A DNA stretch of 64,000 bases. It comes from Macrostomum lignano (lineage: Eukaryota). The stretch is taken from contig NIVC01001659.1 in NCBI GenBank assembly GCA_002269645.1, positions 190,455 through 254,454 of the forward strand. Reading direction: 5' to 3'. Every line of letters begins with the position of its first letter. Positions within the stretch are counted from its first letter, which is position 1. This document shows positions 22,101 to 32,300 of the stretch, piece by piece. A program made the translations under genes and the position numbers. The notes under the pieces are model-generated. The model saw only the letters and a list, made by a program, of their open reading frames with translations, was not told the DNA's origin and did no database searches.

Positions 22101-24729
22101 GGTTCGGGTTCATTGGCTAATCAGTTGGTCTAACATTCAAAATCCACCGTCAACTCCGCAGGGAGCACCGCACGGACGAGCTGTGCCAGCAGCTGCGCCT
22201 GCTGAACAACCTGCGCTTCAACGAGTCCATCGGGCTGCCGCTGACGCACGCGCAGTTCAGCCGCCTGGGCCTCGGCGTCCTCATCGACCGTCTGCTGAAC
22301 CGGCGGCTTCACGAGTTCGCGTTCCGGGCCTGCGAGCTGCTGCGCCTGTCCGAGTCTGACGGCCAGGCCCGCGTCATGATGCACTGGGCCGAGTGCCAGA
22401 TCGACACCCTGCCGCCTCTGGTCGGCGCCGGCGTCGACATCGGCGAAAGTCGCGAGGACGCCCAGGCGAGCGATGCGCTGGTGGCGGACATTGTCAAGTT
22501 TGTCGGACAGCGGCCGGGCGTCAACTATGCCCGGCTGGCCGGCAAGGCGGCCCGTCTGAACCGGCCTGGGCTGGCCAGGCGGCTGCTGGACTTTGAGACC
22601 CGCTCGCAGGACCAGGTGGAGCAGCTGCTGGCGCTGGGCAGTCACGGCAAAGCGCTGGAGAAGGCGGTCAAGTCTGGCGATACAGATCTCATTCAGCAGG
22701 TTTGCGATCCTCTGTACAGTGTCTGTTATTGCAGTGTCTGTCAGTGCATTTTTGCCATTACAGTGTCTGTTATGAGAGTGTCTGTCACTGCAAAATCTGT
22801 GCTGTGTACAGGGTGTCAGTGCTGTGTACAGTGTGTCAGTGCTGTGTACAGGGTGTCAGTGCTGTGTACAGTGTGTCAGTGCTGTGTACAGGGTGTCAGT
22901 GCTGTGTACAGTGTGTCAGTGCTGTGTACAGTGTGTCAGTGCTGTGTACAGTGTGTCAATGCTGTGTACAGTGTGTCGGTGCTGTGTACAGTGTCAGTAC
23001 TGTGTACAGTGTGAGTGTTGTGTACAGTGACAGTACTGTGTACAGTGTGAGTGTTGTGTACAATGTCAGTACTGTGTACAGTGTGAGTGTTGTGTACAGT
23101 GACAGTACTGTGTACAGTGTGAGTGTTGTGTACAATGTCAGTACTGTGTACAGTGTGAGTGTTGTGTACAGTGTCAGTACTGTGTACAGTGTGAGTGTTG
23201 TGTACAGTGTCAGTACTGTGTACAGTCATCCCACTGCCTCCCTCGCCTCGCAGGTGCTGCTGAAGCTGCACAACATGCGGTCCGAGCTGGACTTGGCCGG
23301 CATCATGCGCAAACAGCCGGTTGCCATGGCGCTGTACCAGCAGGCCTACTGTGCCAGCGACCCGGCCGCTCTGCTGGACCAGGAGGACCGGCGATCCGAT
23401 CTGGCGGCGCTCGAGCTGCGTCGCGCGTTCGACTCTACCGAGGCGGCCCGACGACAGGAGCTGCTGGGGTCGGCGGCCAGCCGCTTCACTGAAGCCGGCC
23501 TGCCCGCTCTGGCCAAGGAGTGCCAGCTGGCCGCGCAGCTGCTGGAGCGGCAGAGGAAACTGGAGCGGGATCTCAGCGCCCAGCAATTTGCCGGGCTGTC
23601 GCTGCACGCCACTCTGGCCAGGTTGCTAGGCAACGGAAGCGAGAAACTGGCCGAATCGCTGAGGCGTGAATTCGAGGTGCCGGAAAAGCGGTGGTGGCAG
23701 CTACAGGTAAATTGAACTTTTTAGACTTTTATATTCCTTTTGGCTATGGGTCTCTGGGCAGTGTCCGAGTTGTCCTTGGACAGTGTTTCAGTTGTCTCGA
23801 CCAGTGTCCGAGTTACCCCTGAGCAGTGTCCGAGTTGTGTCGGATCAGTGTCCGAGTTACCCCTGAGCAGTGTCCGAGTTACCTCTGAGCAGTGTCCAAG
23901 TTGTATTCGATCAGTGTCCGAGTTACCTCTGAGCAGTGTCCCGAGTTGTATTCGATCAGTGTCCGAGTTACCTCTGAGCAGTGTCCCGAGTTGTATTCGA
24001 TCAGTGTCCGAGTTACCTCTGAGCAGTGTCCCGAGTTGTATTCGATCAGTGTCCGAGTTACCTCTGAGCAGTGTCCCGAGTTGTATTCGATCAGTGTCCG
24101 AGTTACCACTGAGCAGTGTCCCGAGTTGTATTCGATCAGTGTCCGAGTTGTGTTTGATCAGTGTCTGAGTTGTTTCTGGGCAGTATTCGAGTTGACTCTA
24201 AGCAGTGTCCGAGTTATCTTTAAGCTGTGTCCGAGTAATCTATAGCTGTGTCCGAGTTGACTCTGAGCAGTGTCCAGTTTTTTCAGCAGTCTGAAAGTTC
24301 TTATGCCCATGGTGGCCCGTTAATTTGAACCATGTCTCCGCCCCCCCCCTTCAACCGCAGGTGACCGCCCTGGCCAAGTCCGGCCGCTTCACCGAGCTTC
24401 GCCGCCTATCGGAGCGCAAATCGCCCATCGGCTACGCGCCTTTCGTCAACGCCTGTCAGGACGCCGGCAATGAGGCCGAGGCGGTCGCTCTGCTGCCCCG
24501 AGTCGAGCGGGAGCAGCGCGTTCGCTGCCTGTGCCGCCTGCGCCGCTACGCCGAGGCCATCGACTTCGCCAGCGGGTTGAAGACCGACGCCGCCTATCAC
24601 CTGGAGTACCTGCGCCGGCACCTGGCCAGGGAGGAAGTCAGGCAGCCCGGACAGCCGGTTGTCCGAGACGCCGCCCAGCGGCTGCGCGCTCTGCACCAAA
24701 CCATGGCGGCTGGGGGCGGCGGCGTCTGA
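13151..24729 (+). CDS. VPS16: Vacuolar protein sorting 16 (HOPS/CORVET subunit), 7 exons, 896 aa
   Basis: Exons 13151-13206, 13291-13465, 14785-15061, 20544-21366, 22162-22699, 23254-23706, 24361-24729. All introns are GT-AG with consistent phases; total 2691 nt. Motifs: AQYGGPLA, SWSSTESLVCVQTDG, FGTGVAI, LRLLNNLR..IGLPLT..QF, EKRWWQLQV, SPIGYAPFV. Confidence 0.95.
13515..14714. repeat. 34-bp minisatellite (~35 copies) filling VPS16 intron 2
   Basis: Unit cccagattcatcagtaggcgccacaagcccggct; period 34 measured. Confidence 0.97.
15093..15229 (+). repeat. 21-bp tandem repeat (7 units) at the 5' end of VPS16 intron 3, each carrying GAGTTCRANTC
   Basis: Cores start at 15093, 15114, 15135, 15156, 15177, 15198 and 15219. 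Confidence 0.9.
15720..16094 (-). CDS. Hypothetical 124-aa two-TM membrane protein nested antisense in VPS16 intron 3
   Basis: GC3-rich ORF island in AT-rich intron DNA. Two hydrophobic stretches (IITVHSVLMLVAVGLAGGMLYL; LVFSLVMCGIATVMLLLWLSM) followed by CC. Confidence 0.65.
   Translation of the reverse strand: MTQNSSSLNPLTDAEDSGGLAKDYGSNSRSYCGTAPGKIITVHSVLMLVAVGLAGGMLYLSRDTSQLVFSLVMCGIATVMLLLWLSMCCRSYRIYRAGCKSAAGAAAAPGAAGKGDCTGAVREV
16751..17326 (-). CDS. Hypothetical 191-aa protein (Q/R/H-rich N-terminus, helical C-terminus) nested antisense in VPS16 intron 3
   Basis: ATG-initiated GC-rich ORF with strong C/G-ending codon use in the C-terminal half. No family recognised. Confidence 0.6.
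   Translation of the reverse strand: MQRKRQHRSTRDQGQYEFDHHPDQRKHRHRQFEHQPRPEQQRPRSYKSGSQNPTHQQPSHTRQSNQQNSGCSARNSKPKPANLQCNMATTVSYPTGARSCEMIGWHVANMDAKLNALFDTMSEIYKDTAMLAGESEAEATAGMQELVEPSIFTMLQRESASWDPSVMNKKVSQLVLIGSWIYHRTQSVVNK
17587..18260 (+). mobile_element. Degenerate Tc1/IS630-like transposase remnant (N-terminal HTH region)
   Basis: Two frameshifted pieces, ISMETRERLIQ...CRIFNVKGRTAAFI and IIDENPLATLQMIQEQL...IGLTTISETLQG..T..K, resemble the paired HTH region of IS630-Tc1-mariner transposases. No intact DDE domain or TIRs found. Confidence 0.55.
19059..19646 (+). CDS. Secreted TPM-domain (MOLO-1-like) protein, 195 aa, nested on the same strand in VPS16 intron 3
   Basis: Signal peptide MSVCILPSLCLLVLAAAVSA. 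Pattern C...VC..N..L...EA.I..IL, C.AV, CPNRIAIFYSRQD, ARPYF...GM..LI..Y resembles the MOLO-1/TPM fold (my recognition, not an HMM result). AATAAA at 19785-19790. Confidence 0.7.
   Translation: MSVCILPSLCLLVLAAAVSAAPDTSLYEGVNAQIVEIRQRCGNQQVCINKNVELSQSEAEIKNILEDTIRKRESPRSSRINNVCFAVVIENKMKGLFSMDNSRQKMMVAAYITYNLFERMPFVRPPAGGNCPNRIAIFYSRQDSTLYSFATNGLMDYTEIRTASAAARPYFSNSILEGMRFLISAYIDTVGKSSG
21385..22112. repeat. ~22-bp G/T-rich minisatellite filling VPS16 intron 4
   Basis: Unit ggggtcattggctggggttgtt with G-run length variants. Confidence 0.95.
22730..23225. repeat. ~20-bp minisatellite filling VPS16 intron 5
   Basis: gtgctgtgtacagtgtgtca units grading into a gtactgtgtacagtgtgagtgttgtgtacagt higher-order unit. 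Confidence 0.93.
23755..24275. repeat. 45-bp (dimeric) minisatellite filling VPS16 intron 6
   Basis: tcagtgtccgagttacctctgagcagtgtcccgagttgtattcga; period 45. Confidence 0.92.
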
Positions 24730-24874
24730 GCTGCGAGATCTTCTGTACTTTTGTGTGGTGACGTCTCTCCACGTTTGGGATGAAGCGGGATGCTGAGACA
24801 GATATAGCATTATAGAATTTTATTGAATGTTAAAGCCTTTGGAATGACCAGGAGTTATTTACTACTAGGTTTCT

Positions 24875-25680
24875 GTGTGACCGGAAGTTATTTCTTATTG
24901 GCTTTCCGAATGACCGGAAGTGAGATACTGGCTACATAAATGACCGGAAGTGAGATGCTGGCTACCTGAATGACCAGAAGTGAGATACTGGCTACATAAA
25001 TGACCGGAAGTGAGATGCTGGCTACCTGAATGACCGGAAGTGAGATACTGGCTACATAAATGACCGGAAGTGAGATGCTGGCTACCTGAATGACCGGAAG
25101 TGAGATACTGGCTACATAAATGACCGGAAGTGAGATGCTGGCTTTCCGAATGACCGGAAGTGAGATACTGGCTACATAAATGACCGGAAGTGAGATGCTG
25201 GCTATCTGAATGACCGGAAGTGAGATACTGGCTACATAAATGACCGGAAGTGAGATACTGGCTAGCTGAATGACCGGAAGTGAGATATGAATTAGCTGAA
25301 TGACCGGAAGTGAGATACTGGCTAGCTGAATGACCGGAAGTGAGATATGAATTAGCTGAATGACCGGAAGTGAGATACTGGCTAGCTGAATGACCGGAAG
25401 TGAGATACTGGCTAGCTGAATGACCGGAAGTGAGATATGAATTATCTGAATGACCGGAAGTGAGATATGAATTAGCTGAATGACCGACCGGAAGTGAGAT
25501 ACTGACTATCTGAATGACCGGAAGTGAGATACTGGCTAGCTGAATGACCGGAAGTGAGATATGAATTATCTGAATGACCGGAAGTGAGATATGAATTATC
25601 TGAATGACCGGAAGTGAGATATGAATTATCTGAATGACCGGAAGTGAGATATGAATTAGCTGAATGACCGGAAGTGGATT
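24875..25680. repeat. 30-bp minisatellite (26 units) with an ACCGGAAGTG core, between VPS16 and SEC11
   Basis: Unit tgaatgaccggaagtgagatactggctagc with a variable second half. Confidence 0.97.
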
Positions 25681-26332
25681 TCTAGCTTTCCCGAATGACT
25701 GGAGCTGAGCTAGGCTTACGTAAATAACCAAGTGCTTAAAATTTCCTTAAGCCGTTTCAAAGTGTATTTGATCGAGGCGCAGTGCTGTGTTTACTCATGC
25801 ATAATATCGTCATGCAGTCATTTAATGCCTGCTGTGTTGCCCCAATCAAGTCGCTTCTCTGATTTTAAATTTATCTCAGTGTCAGCACCGATAATGAGCC
25901 CCATTCAGCACTGTTGTCCGCCACTAGAATTTTTTTGCTAAACCTGCTGCTACTCGCAGTAGTGCCAGAAGATTTTAATTATTATTCCTACTTGCGCGCG
26001 ATTGCCTAGAACAGAATCGTTGATTGCATTGCCTGTTTGTGTTGTACAGTACAGGTGCACTGCCTGATTTTATTATACAGATTAACTGCCATATTCAACA
26101 CTTTTGATCGGAGCTACATGTATCCTGCTGTACATGTACTCGTGCTCAATGTTCATGATTCCTACTGTATCAAAAAACTGATCATTCATAGTTCTGATGT
26201 TTGCCCATTGTCGTTGGGAAATTTTATTTATTAAATTCAAATCATTTTTATTGCACTGACAGCAGATAAATATCTCATATCAACACTTGCATTTTTGTTT
26301 TATGAAAACCGGGATTTAAGAGAGTCACTGAG

Positions 26333-26640
26333 CACATCCCCATTCAGTCTGGGTGATGGGTTCAGATCCCCATTCAGTCTGGGTGATGGGTTCAGATCCC
26401 CATTCAGTCTGGGTGATGGGTTCAGATCACCATTCAGTCTGGGTGATGGGTTCAGATCCCCATTCAGTCTGAGTGATGGGTTCAGATCCCCATTCAGTCT
26501 GGGTGATGGGTTCAGATCCCCATTCAGTCTGGGTGATGGGTTCAGATCACCATTCAGTCTGGGTGATGGGTTCAGATCCCCATTCCATCTGGGTGATGGG
26601 TTCAGATCCCCGTTCAGTCTGGGTGGCGGGTACAGATCCC
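26333..26640. repeat. 30-bp minisatellite (~10 units) just upstream of the SEC11 acceptor
   Basis: Unit cccattcagtctgggtgatgggttcagatc. Confidence 0.95.
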
Positions 26641-26696
26641 CATGGCATCATTGATATCAACCTTGGCAACATGGCATCCCATCTCCCCTTCAGACC

Positions 26697-27959
26697 ATGG
26701 GCCTGCTGGACATCAGCTTCTTGTCGGACCTGAAGCGCATGAACAAGCGCCAGGTGTTCTACCAGTTCCTCAGCTTCGGCATGATCGTGTCCTCCGCCCT
26801 CATGATCTGGAAGGGCCTCATCGTGGCCACGGGCAGCGAGTCGCCAGTTGTGGTGGTGCTCTCCGGATCCATGGAGCCCGGCTTCTACCGCGGCGACCTC
26901 CTGTTCCTAACCAACGACCTGGAGGACCCCATCCGGGCCGGCGACATTGCCGTGTTCCGCATCAAGGGCCGCGACATCCCCATCGTGCACCGGGTGCTGC
27001 AGGTGCGCCCTGCCGCTTGCTGAGCTCTTGATTGGCTGCTTGATTCCCGCTCCCCATCCCCACTCCCCATCCCCACTTCTCATTCCCGCTCCCCATCCCC
27101 GCTCCCCATCCCCGCTCCCCATCCCGCTCCTCATCCCCGCTCTCCATCCCCGCTCCCCATCCCCGCTCCCCATCCCCACTTCTCATTCCCGCTCCCCATC
27201 CCCGCTCCCCATCCCCGCTCCCCATCCCCGCTCGCCATCCCCGCTCCTCATCCCCGCTCTCCATCCCCGCTCCACATCCCCGCTCCCCATCCCCGCTCCT
27301 CATCCCCGCTCCCAATCCCCGCTCCCCATCCCCGCTCCCCATCCCTGCTCCCATCCCCGCTCCCAATCCCCGCTCCCCATCCCCGCTCCCCATCCCCGCT
27401 CCCCATCCCCACTTCTCATCCCTGCTCCCCATCCCCACTTCTCATCCCTGCTCCCCATCCCCACTTCTCATCCCTGCTCCCCATCCCCGCTCTCCATCCC
27501 CGCTCCCCATCCCCGCTCCCCATCCCCGCTCCCCATCCCTGCTCCCCATCCCCGCTCCTCATTCCCGCTCCCAATCCCCGCTCCCAATCCCCGCTCCCCA
27601 TCCCCTCTCCCCATCCCCGCTGCCAATCCCCGCTCCCCATTCCCGCTCCCGCTATCGCTCACCCGCCACTGCCGCATCGCTCACCGGCTGACTCGCCGCT
27701 GCCATCCCCGCCCCAGGTGCACGAGCGCGATGACGGCTACGTGAAGTTCCTCACCAAAGGCGACAACAACGCCATTGACGACCGCGGGCTGTACGCGCCG
27801 GGCCAGCTGTGGCTGGAGAAGGGTGACGTAATCGGCCGGGCCAAGGGCTTCGTGCCGTACATCGGCATGGTTACCATCGTCATGAACGACTATCCCAAGT
27901 TCAAGTACGCCGTGCTCGGCCTGCTGGGCATCTTCGTGCTTCTCAACAGGGAGGCCTGA
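26697..27959 (+). CDS. SEC11: Signal peptidase complex catalytic subunit SEC11, 2 exons (26697-27002, 27717-27959), 182 aa
   Basis: [25 protein letters not shown] (catalytic Ser), PIVHRV (catalytic His), [29 protein letters not shown]. Phase-0 GT-AG intron. Confidence 0.97.
27043..27650. repeat. C-rich 12/18-bp minisatellite filling the SEC11 intron
   Basis: cccgctccccat(ccc) units. Confidence 0.93.
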
Positions 27960-28084
27960 GATTGGAACTGTGCGCGGCATCTCAGATGCACTTTTATTGT
28001 CATTTAGTCCTCTTCTAAGTTTGCCGTTTCCATCTGTAAACCCTATGGGATCATAGCCCAGTCCCCAGCTGTTAGGTCCATTTA

Positions 28085-28490
28085 ACCAGCTCCATCTCCC
28101 ACCCCAGCTCCATCTCCCCCACCTAAGCTCCATCTCCCCCACCTAAGCTCCATCTCCCACCTCAGCTCCATCCCACACCCCAGCTCCATCTCCCACCCCA
28201 GCTCCATCTCCCACCCCAGCTCCATCTCCCCCACCTAAGCTCCATCTCCCACCTCAGCTCCATCCCACACCCCAGCTCCATCTCCCCCACCTAAGCTCCA
28301 TCTCCCACCTCAGCTCCATCCCACACCCCAGCTCCATCTCCCACCTCAGCTCCATCTCCCACCCCAGCTCCATCTCCCACCCCTGGTTCATCTCCCACCC
28401 CTGGTTCATCTCCCACCCCTGGGTTATCTTCATCTCTCACCTCAGCTCCATCTTCTACCCCAGCTCCATCTCCCACCTTTGGTTCATCTC
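28085..28490. repeat. ~18-20-bp C-rich minisatellite downstream of SEC11
   Basis: ccccagctccatctccca units. Confidence 0.9.
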
Positions 28491-29183
28491 CCAGTGGCGG
28501 AAGTGAGCAAAGATTGCAAGCCAGCCAAACAAGGTGAGCAGTGTGAGAGCTGTGTGAGTGCGGTCCTCATTCCTTTCAAACTCCCCGCTGTTTTGTGTTT
28601 CCTGCCGTTTTGTTTTTCTCTTGCGCTTTAACCGGCGCAGTTTCTGTAAGCAGCCACGCATTCGCTCTCGGTGCGCTGCCCCAACTCTCACTGTTACTGT
28701 AAACCGTCGTGTAATACGAGTGTTTGCTGTGTCCAGATGCTTTTGCTGGGTGACGGGTGGCCCGATGTTGCCTCAGATCTTTGTTCTGCTCTCTGTTTCA
28801 TTCTGTCGAATAAGTTTTTGTGTGGATTCCGCGAATTCTTGCTTATTCTGCTAATTAGTAATTCAATAAAATTTGGGATTTAAATCCCACAGCTATTGGG
28901 AGACTTACGTGTGGGCGTTTAAAAAAACCATTGTGTTATTTTATATTTAATTTTTGCTAGCGATGCAGGCTGTTTAGGCATTTTTGTGTAGTTGGGTAGT
29001 TGCTTGTTCTGTCTGTTCTGGTGCTGAAATCCTCAGCGCTCACTGTGTACTACTATGAGTAGTGCTTTGGCTTTCGGGTATGTTGCTTTTTTTCTGGCTA
29101 AATAATTTGACCTTATTTGAATGGTTTATTCATGTTCTCAAAATCTCGGGCTTGAGTCGCTACTTCTGGTCTGAGAGTTTGCG

Positions 29184-29735
29184 GATTAAGGACTCCAACA
29201 GCACACTGGGTGCTAATCTGGCCTAGGATTAAGGACTCTAACAGCACAGTGGGTGCTAATCTGGCCTGGGATTAAGGACTCTAACAGCACAGTGGGAGAT
29301 AATCTGGCCTGGGATTAAGGACTCCAACAGCACACTGGGAGATAATCTGGCCTGGGATTAAGGACTCTAACAGCTCAGTGGGTGCTAATCTGGCCTGGGA
29401 TTAAGGACTCCAACAGTACACTGGGAGATAATCTGGCCTGGGATTAAGGACTCCAACAGTACACTGGGAGATAATCTGGCCTGGGATTAAGGACTCCAAC
29501 AGTACACTGGGAGATAATCTGGCCTGGGATTAAGGACTCCAACAGTACACTGGGAGATAATCTGGCCTGGGATTAAGGACTCTAACAGCACACTGGATGC
29601 CAATCTGGCCTGGGATTAAGGACTCCAACAGTACACTGGGAGATAATCTGGCCTGGGATTAAGGACTCCAACAGTACACTGGGAGATAATCTGGCCTGGG
29701 ATTAAGGACTCCAACAGCACAGTGTGTGATAATCT
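29184..29735. repeat. 43-bp minisatellite (~13 units)
   Basis: ggattaaggactccaacagtacactgggagataatctggcctg; period 43. Confidence 0.95.
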
Positions 29736-29974
29736 GTGCCTCGAGCGTCGGCGGCCGCCCCAATCTATATTTAGCCTGGGGAAGCCACTAGGGCAGCCCT
29801 CAGCCGCAAGTTCTCCCCGCTGAGCTGTTGTCTATGGCCACAAGCGCCAGGCGCTGCAATCAGCGCCACGCGCATCCATTTGCTGCTCACCAGAGAATAT
29901 GGAGGGCTCGATATTCTCTGCTGCTCACCAACTCTGAGCAACTCTGAGCTCAGTCAGGCTGACCAGCCCAAAGG

Positions 29975-30238
29975 ATGGCGACCTCCGCCGCCGACTCCTG
30001 GCTGCTGCCATTCAGCAGCGTCGCTCCGGCAGCCGGCAGGTCTTTGTTTGCCTCAGCCAGCATTGGCCAGCGGTTCGAACTGCTGGTGCAGCTGCTGCTG
30101 GCCCTGCTGCTCATCGCCGCCTTCGCCGTCTATCTCATCAACACGGCGATGCGCCCGGCCGTGCAGAAGGCCGCCTTCGGCTACGCCAAGAAGGACTTCC
30201 TTGAGGACGCGTACCGTTTCGATGACTCGTTCGAATGA
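29975..30238 (+). CDS. Hypothetical 87-aa single-pass membrane protein
   Basis: GC3-rich ORF with one TM stretch (LLVQLLLALLLIAAFAVYLI) and a polar C-tail. A candidate 5'UTR donor (AAG|GTGAG, 28534) lies upstream. Confidence 0.55.
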   Translation: MATSAADSWLLPFSSVAPAAGRSLFASASIGQRFELLVQLLLALLLIAAFAVYLINTAMRPAVQKAAFGYAKKDFLEDAYRFDDSFE

Positions 30239-30780
30239 CCGAATGTTTGAATTATTTGCTCTTAAGTTCCGCGGTGATTGCAGCACTGTGCAACGTCTGT
30301 GTTAGGCAAAAACCCTACTGAAGTATTCGAGTATCTTTGTGCTGATTAAACTAGAGCTCATTTAGCTATTCTTGCTTTTTATCTATGCAGCACGTACACT
30401 TTAATTTGTGTTTAGGGACTTTCACTATGCCAACCAGATATATATATATTAAACGTGAGGTGCGTCATATTTCATTGCTACAGCACTAATAACTTGCATC
30501 GCTTCAATGCGCAAAGTCTCGAGAATTTGACAACTCTGGGTTTAAAGGAATCGTGCTGGGGAAACCCGGCCGGTGCATCAGCATAGCTTGGCTTTTCGAC
30601 CAGGTTTTGGCTTCAGAAGTCCTTGGGTCTGAATTATGCAGTCTGAAGCCATTATGGTACTTGTGTGTTGCACTATTAAAAGGGAAAATTCTGAGTGGCC
30701 ACTTGAATGTGTTTGTAAATATATTACCTACGAGTATAACCAGGTAGCACAGTGTTGAAATACAGGTAGCACAGGCTGCT

Positions 30781-30987
30781 GATACAGGTGACTCAGGCTA
30801 GTGATGCAGGTGACTCAGGCTAGTGATACAAGTAACTCAGGCTAGTGATACAGGTAACTCAGGCTAGTGATACAGGTAACTCAGGCTAGTGATACAGGTA
30901 ACTCAGGCTAGTGATACAGGTGACTCAGACTGGTGATACAGGTGACTCAGGCTAGTGATACAGGTGACTCAGGCTAGTGATACAGGT
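30781..30987. repeat. 22-bp minisatellite (9 full units) upstream of Lunapark
   Basis: Unit gatacaggt(g/a)actcaggctagt. Confidence 0.92.
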
Positions 30988-31097
30988 GGCATAATGAAAA
31001 CCTTGCCGCTGCATTCATGCCTGAGACTCGGTGCCTTGAGATTTCGAATTCGCGCCCTTTCGACCCGCCGCAGTGAGTGCAGAGCCGTGAGTGCAGC

Positions 31098-32300
31098 ATG
31101 GGCCTGCTGCTCAGCTACTTTCGGCGGCCCAAGGACTCGGTGGCCGAGCTGGAGTCCATCGAGGCCCAGCTCAACCGCCTGGAGGCCTGGCGCCAGAACC
31201 AGCTGCGCCTGCAGAAGCGCCTGCTGGGCTACCTGCTCATCGCCTTCCTCATCGGCTACCCCAGCGCCCTGGGAGTGTACTATGTCTACTGCCTGCCCGT
31301 GGCCAGCCGCCTCACCCAGCTGCTGCACGTGGCCGCCTTCGTCTTCGTGCTGCCGCTGTTTTACGCGCTGCGCCGCTTCCTGCTGTGGATTTTCGTGCGC
31401 TCGCTGGCCGGCTGCGAGGCCCGGGCCAGCCGCCTGAGGGAGGACAAGCGGAAGGTGCTGGACCGGGTCATGGACACCGAGACCTACAAGCGGGCGAAGG
31501 AGATCCTGGACCGCTTCGATCCGGACCGGTTCAAGGCCGAGTTCCAGCAGCCGCAGGCTCCGGCCGCGGTGAAGCCCGGCCAGTTTTTCGCCAAGTCATC
31601 GCTGGCCAAGCGACCGCCGCCTCAGCAGCAGCAGCCAGCGGCGCCGCAGCCCCAGCCGCCGCAGGGAGTCGTGCTGCGCAAGCTGTTGCCGGCGCCGAAT
31701 CAGCAGCAGCCTCCGCCGCCGATGCAGCAGCAGCCTCTGCCGCGGCCCCAGCTGCCGCGGCCTGTGCTGAGCCGCGACCGCTCCGCCATGGACCGCATCA
31801 TCGACCTGCTGGTCGGAGACGGCGCCGACCGCCGCTACGCCCTGATCTGCCGGCGCTGCTGCAGCCACAACGGCATGGCGATGGCCGAGGAGTTCCCGCA
31901 CCTGGCCTGGCGCTGCGCCTACTGCGCCTACCTGCACTCGCCCAGGCAGCCGCTGCCCAACCCGCCCGTGCTGCCCCTTGGCGAGGCGTCCCCGCAGCCC
32001 GGCCGGCCGCAGTGGCAGTCGCTGACGGACCTCCGGCCGGCTGCGTCAACTTCGGCGGCTGGGGCTGGCGGCGAGGCCGGCCGGGAGGACTCGTCGTCTT
32101 CGGCAGCCTCGACTCCCGCGGCAGCAGCTGCGGGCGAAGCCGCGGACGCCGGCGAGGTGAACGGAGAATCCGGAGACGCTGCGGCGGCTGACGCTGAAGC
32201 TGCTGAAGAGGCCGAGCCTGCCACCGGCCAGGAGGTGCGCCGAAGAGCTGCGGCGGCGGCTGGAGCTCCGGTCGGGGAAGGAGGGGAGGACGCCGCGTGA
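31098..32300 (+). CDS. LNPK: ER junction formation protein Lunapark, single exon, 400 aa
   Basis: N-terminal MG (myristoylation-type), coiled coil, two TM segments, KVLDRVMDTETYKRAKEILDRFDP, P/Q-rich linker, DRIIDLLVGDG..RYALICRRCCSHNGMA...WRCAYC zinc finger. Confidence 0.95.
   Translation: MGLLLSYFRRPKDSVAELESIEAQLNRLEAWRQNQLRLQKRLLGYLLIAFLIGYPSALGVYYVYCLPVASRLTQLLHVAAFVFVLPLFYALRRFLLWIFVRSLAGCEARASRLREDKRKVLDRVMDTETYKRAKEILDRFDPDRFKAEFQQPQAPAAVKPGQFFAKSSLAKRPPPQQQQPAAPQPQPPQGVVLRKLLPAPNQQQPPPPMQQQPLPRPQLPRPVLSRDRSAMDRIIDLLVGDGADRRYALICRRCCSHNGMAMAEEFPHLAWRCAYCAYLHSPRQPLPNPPVLPLGEASPQPGRPQWQSLTDLRPAASTSAAGAGGEAGREDSSSSAASTPAAAAAGEAADAGEVNGESGDAAAADAEAAEEAEPATGQEVRRRAAAAAGAPVGEGGEDAA

Noticed and set aside
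21401-22359. Long Gly/Trp-rich ORFs, and similar repeat ORFs at 24895-25731, 26947-27744, 35590-36288, 42847-43317, 56218-57261 and 61129-62349
   Set aside because: These are translations of intronic or intergenic minisatellites; several frames are open at once and there is no codon bias.
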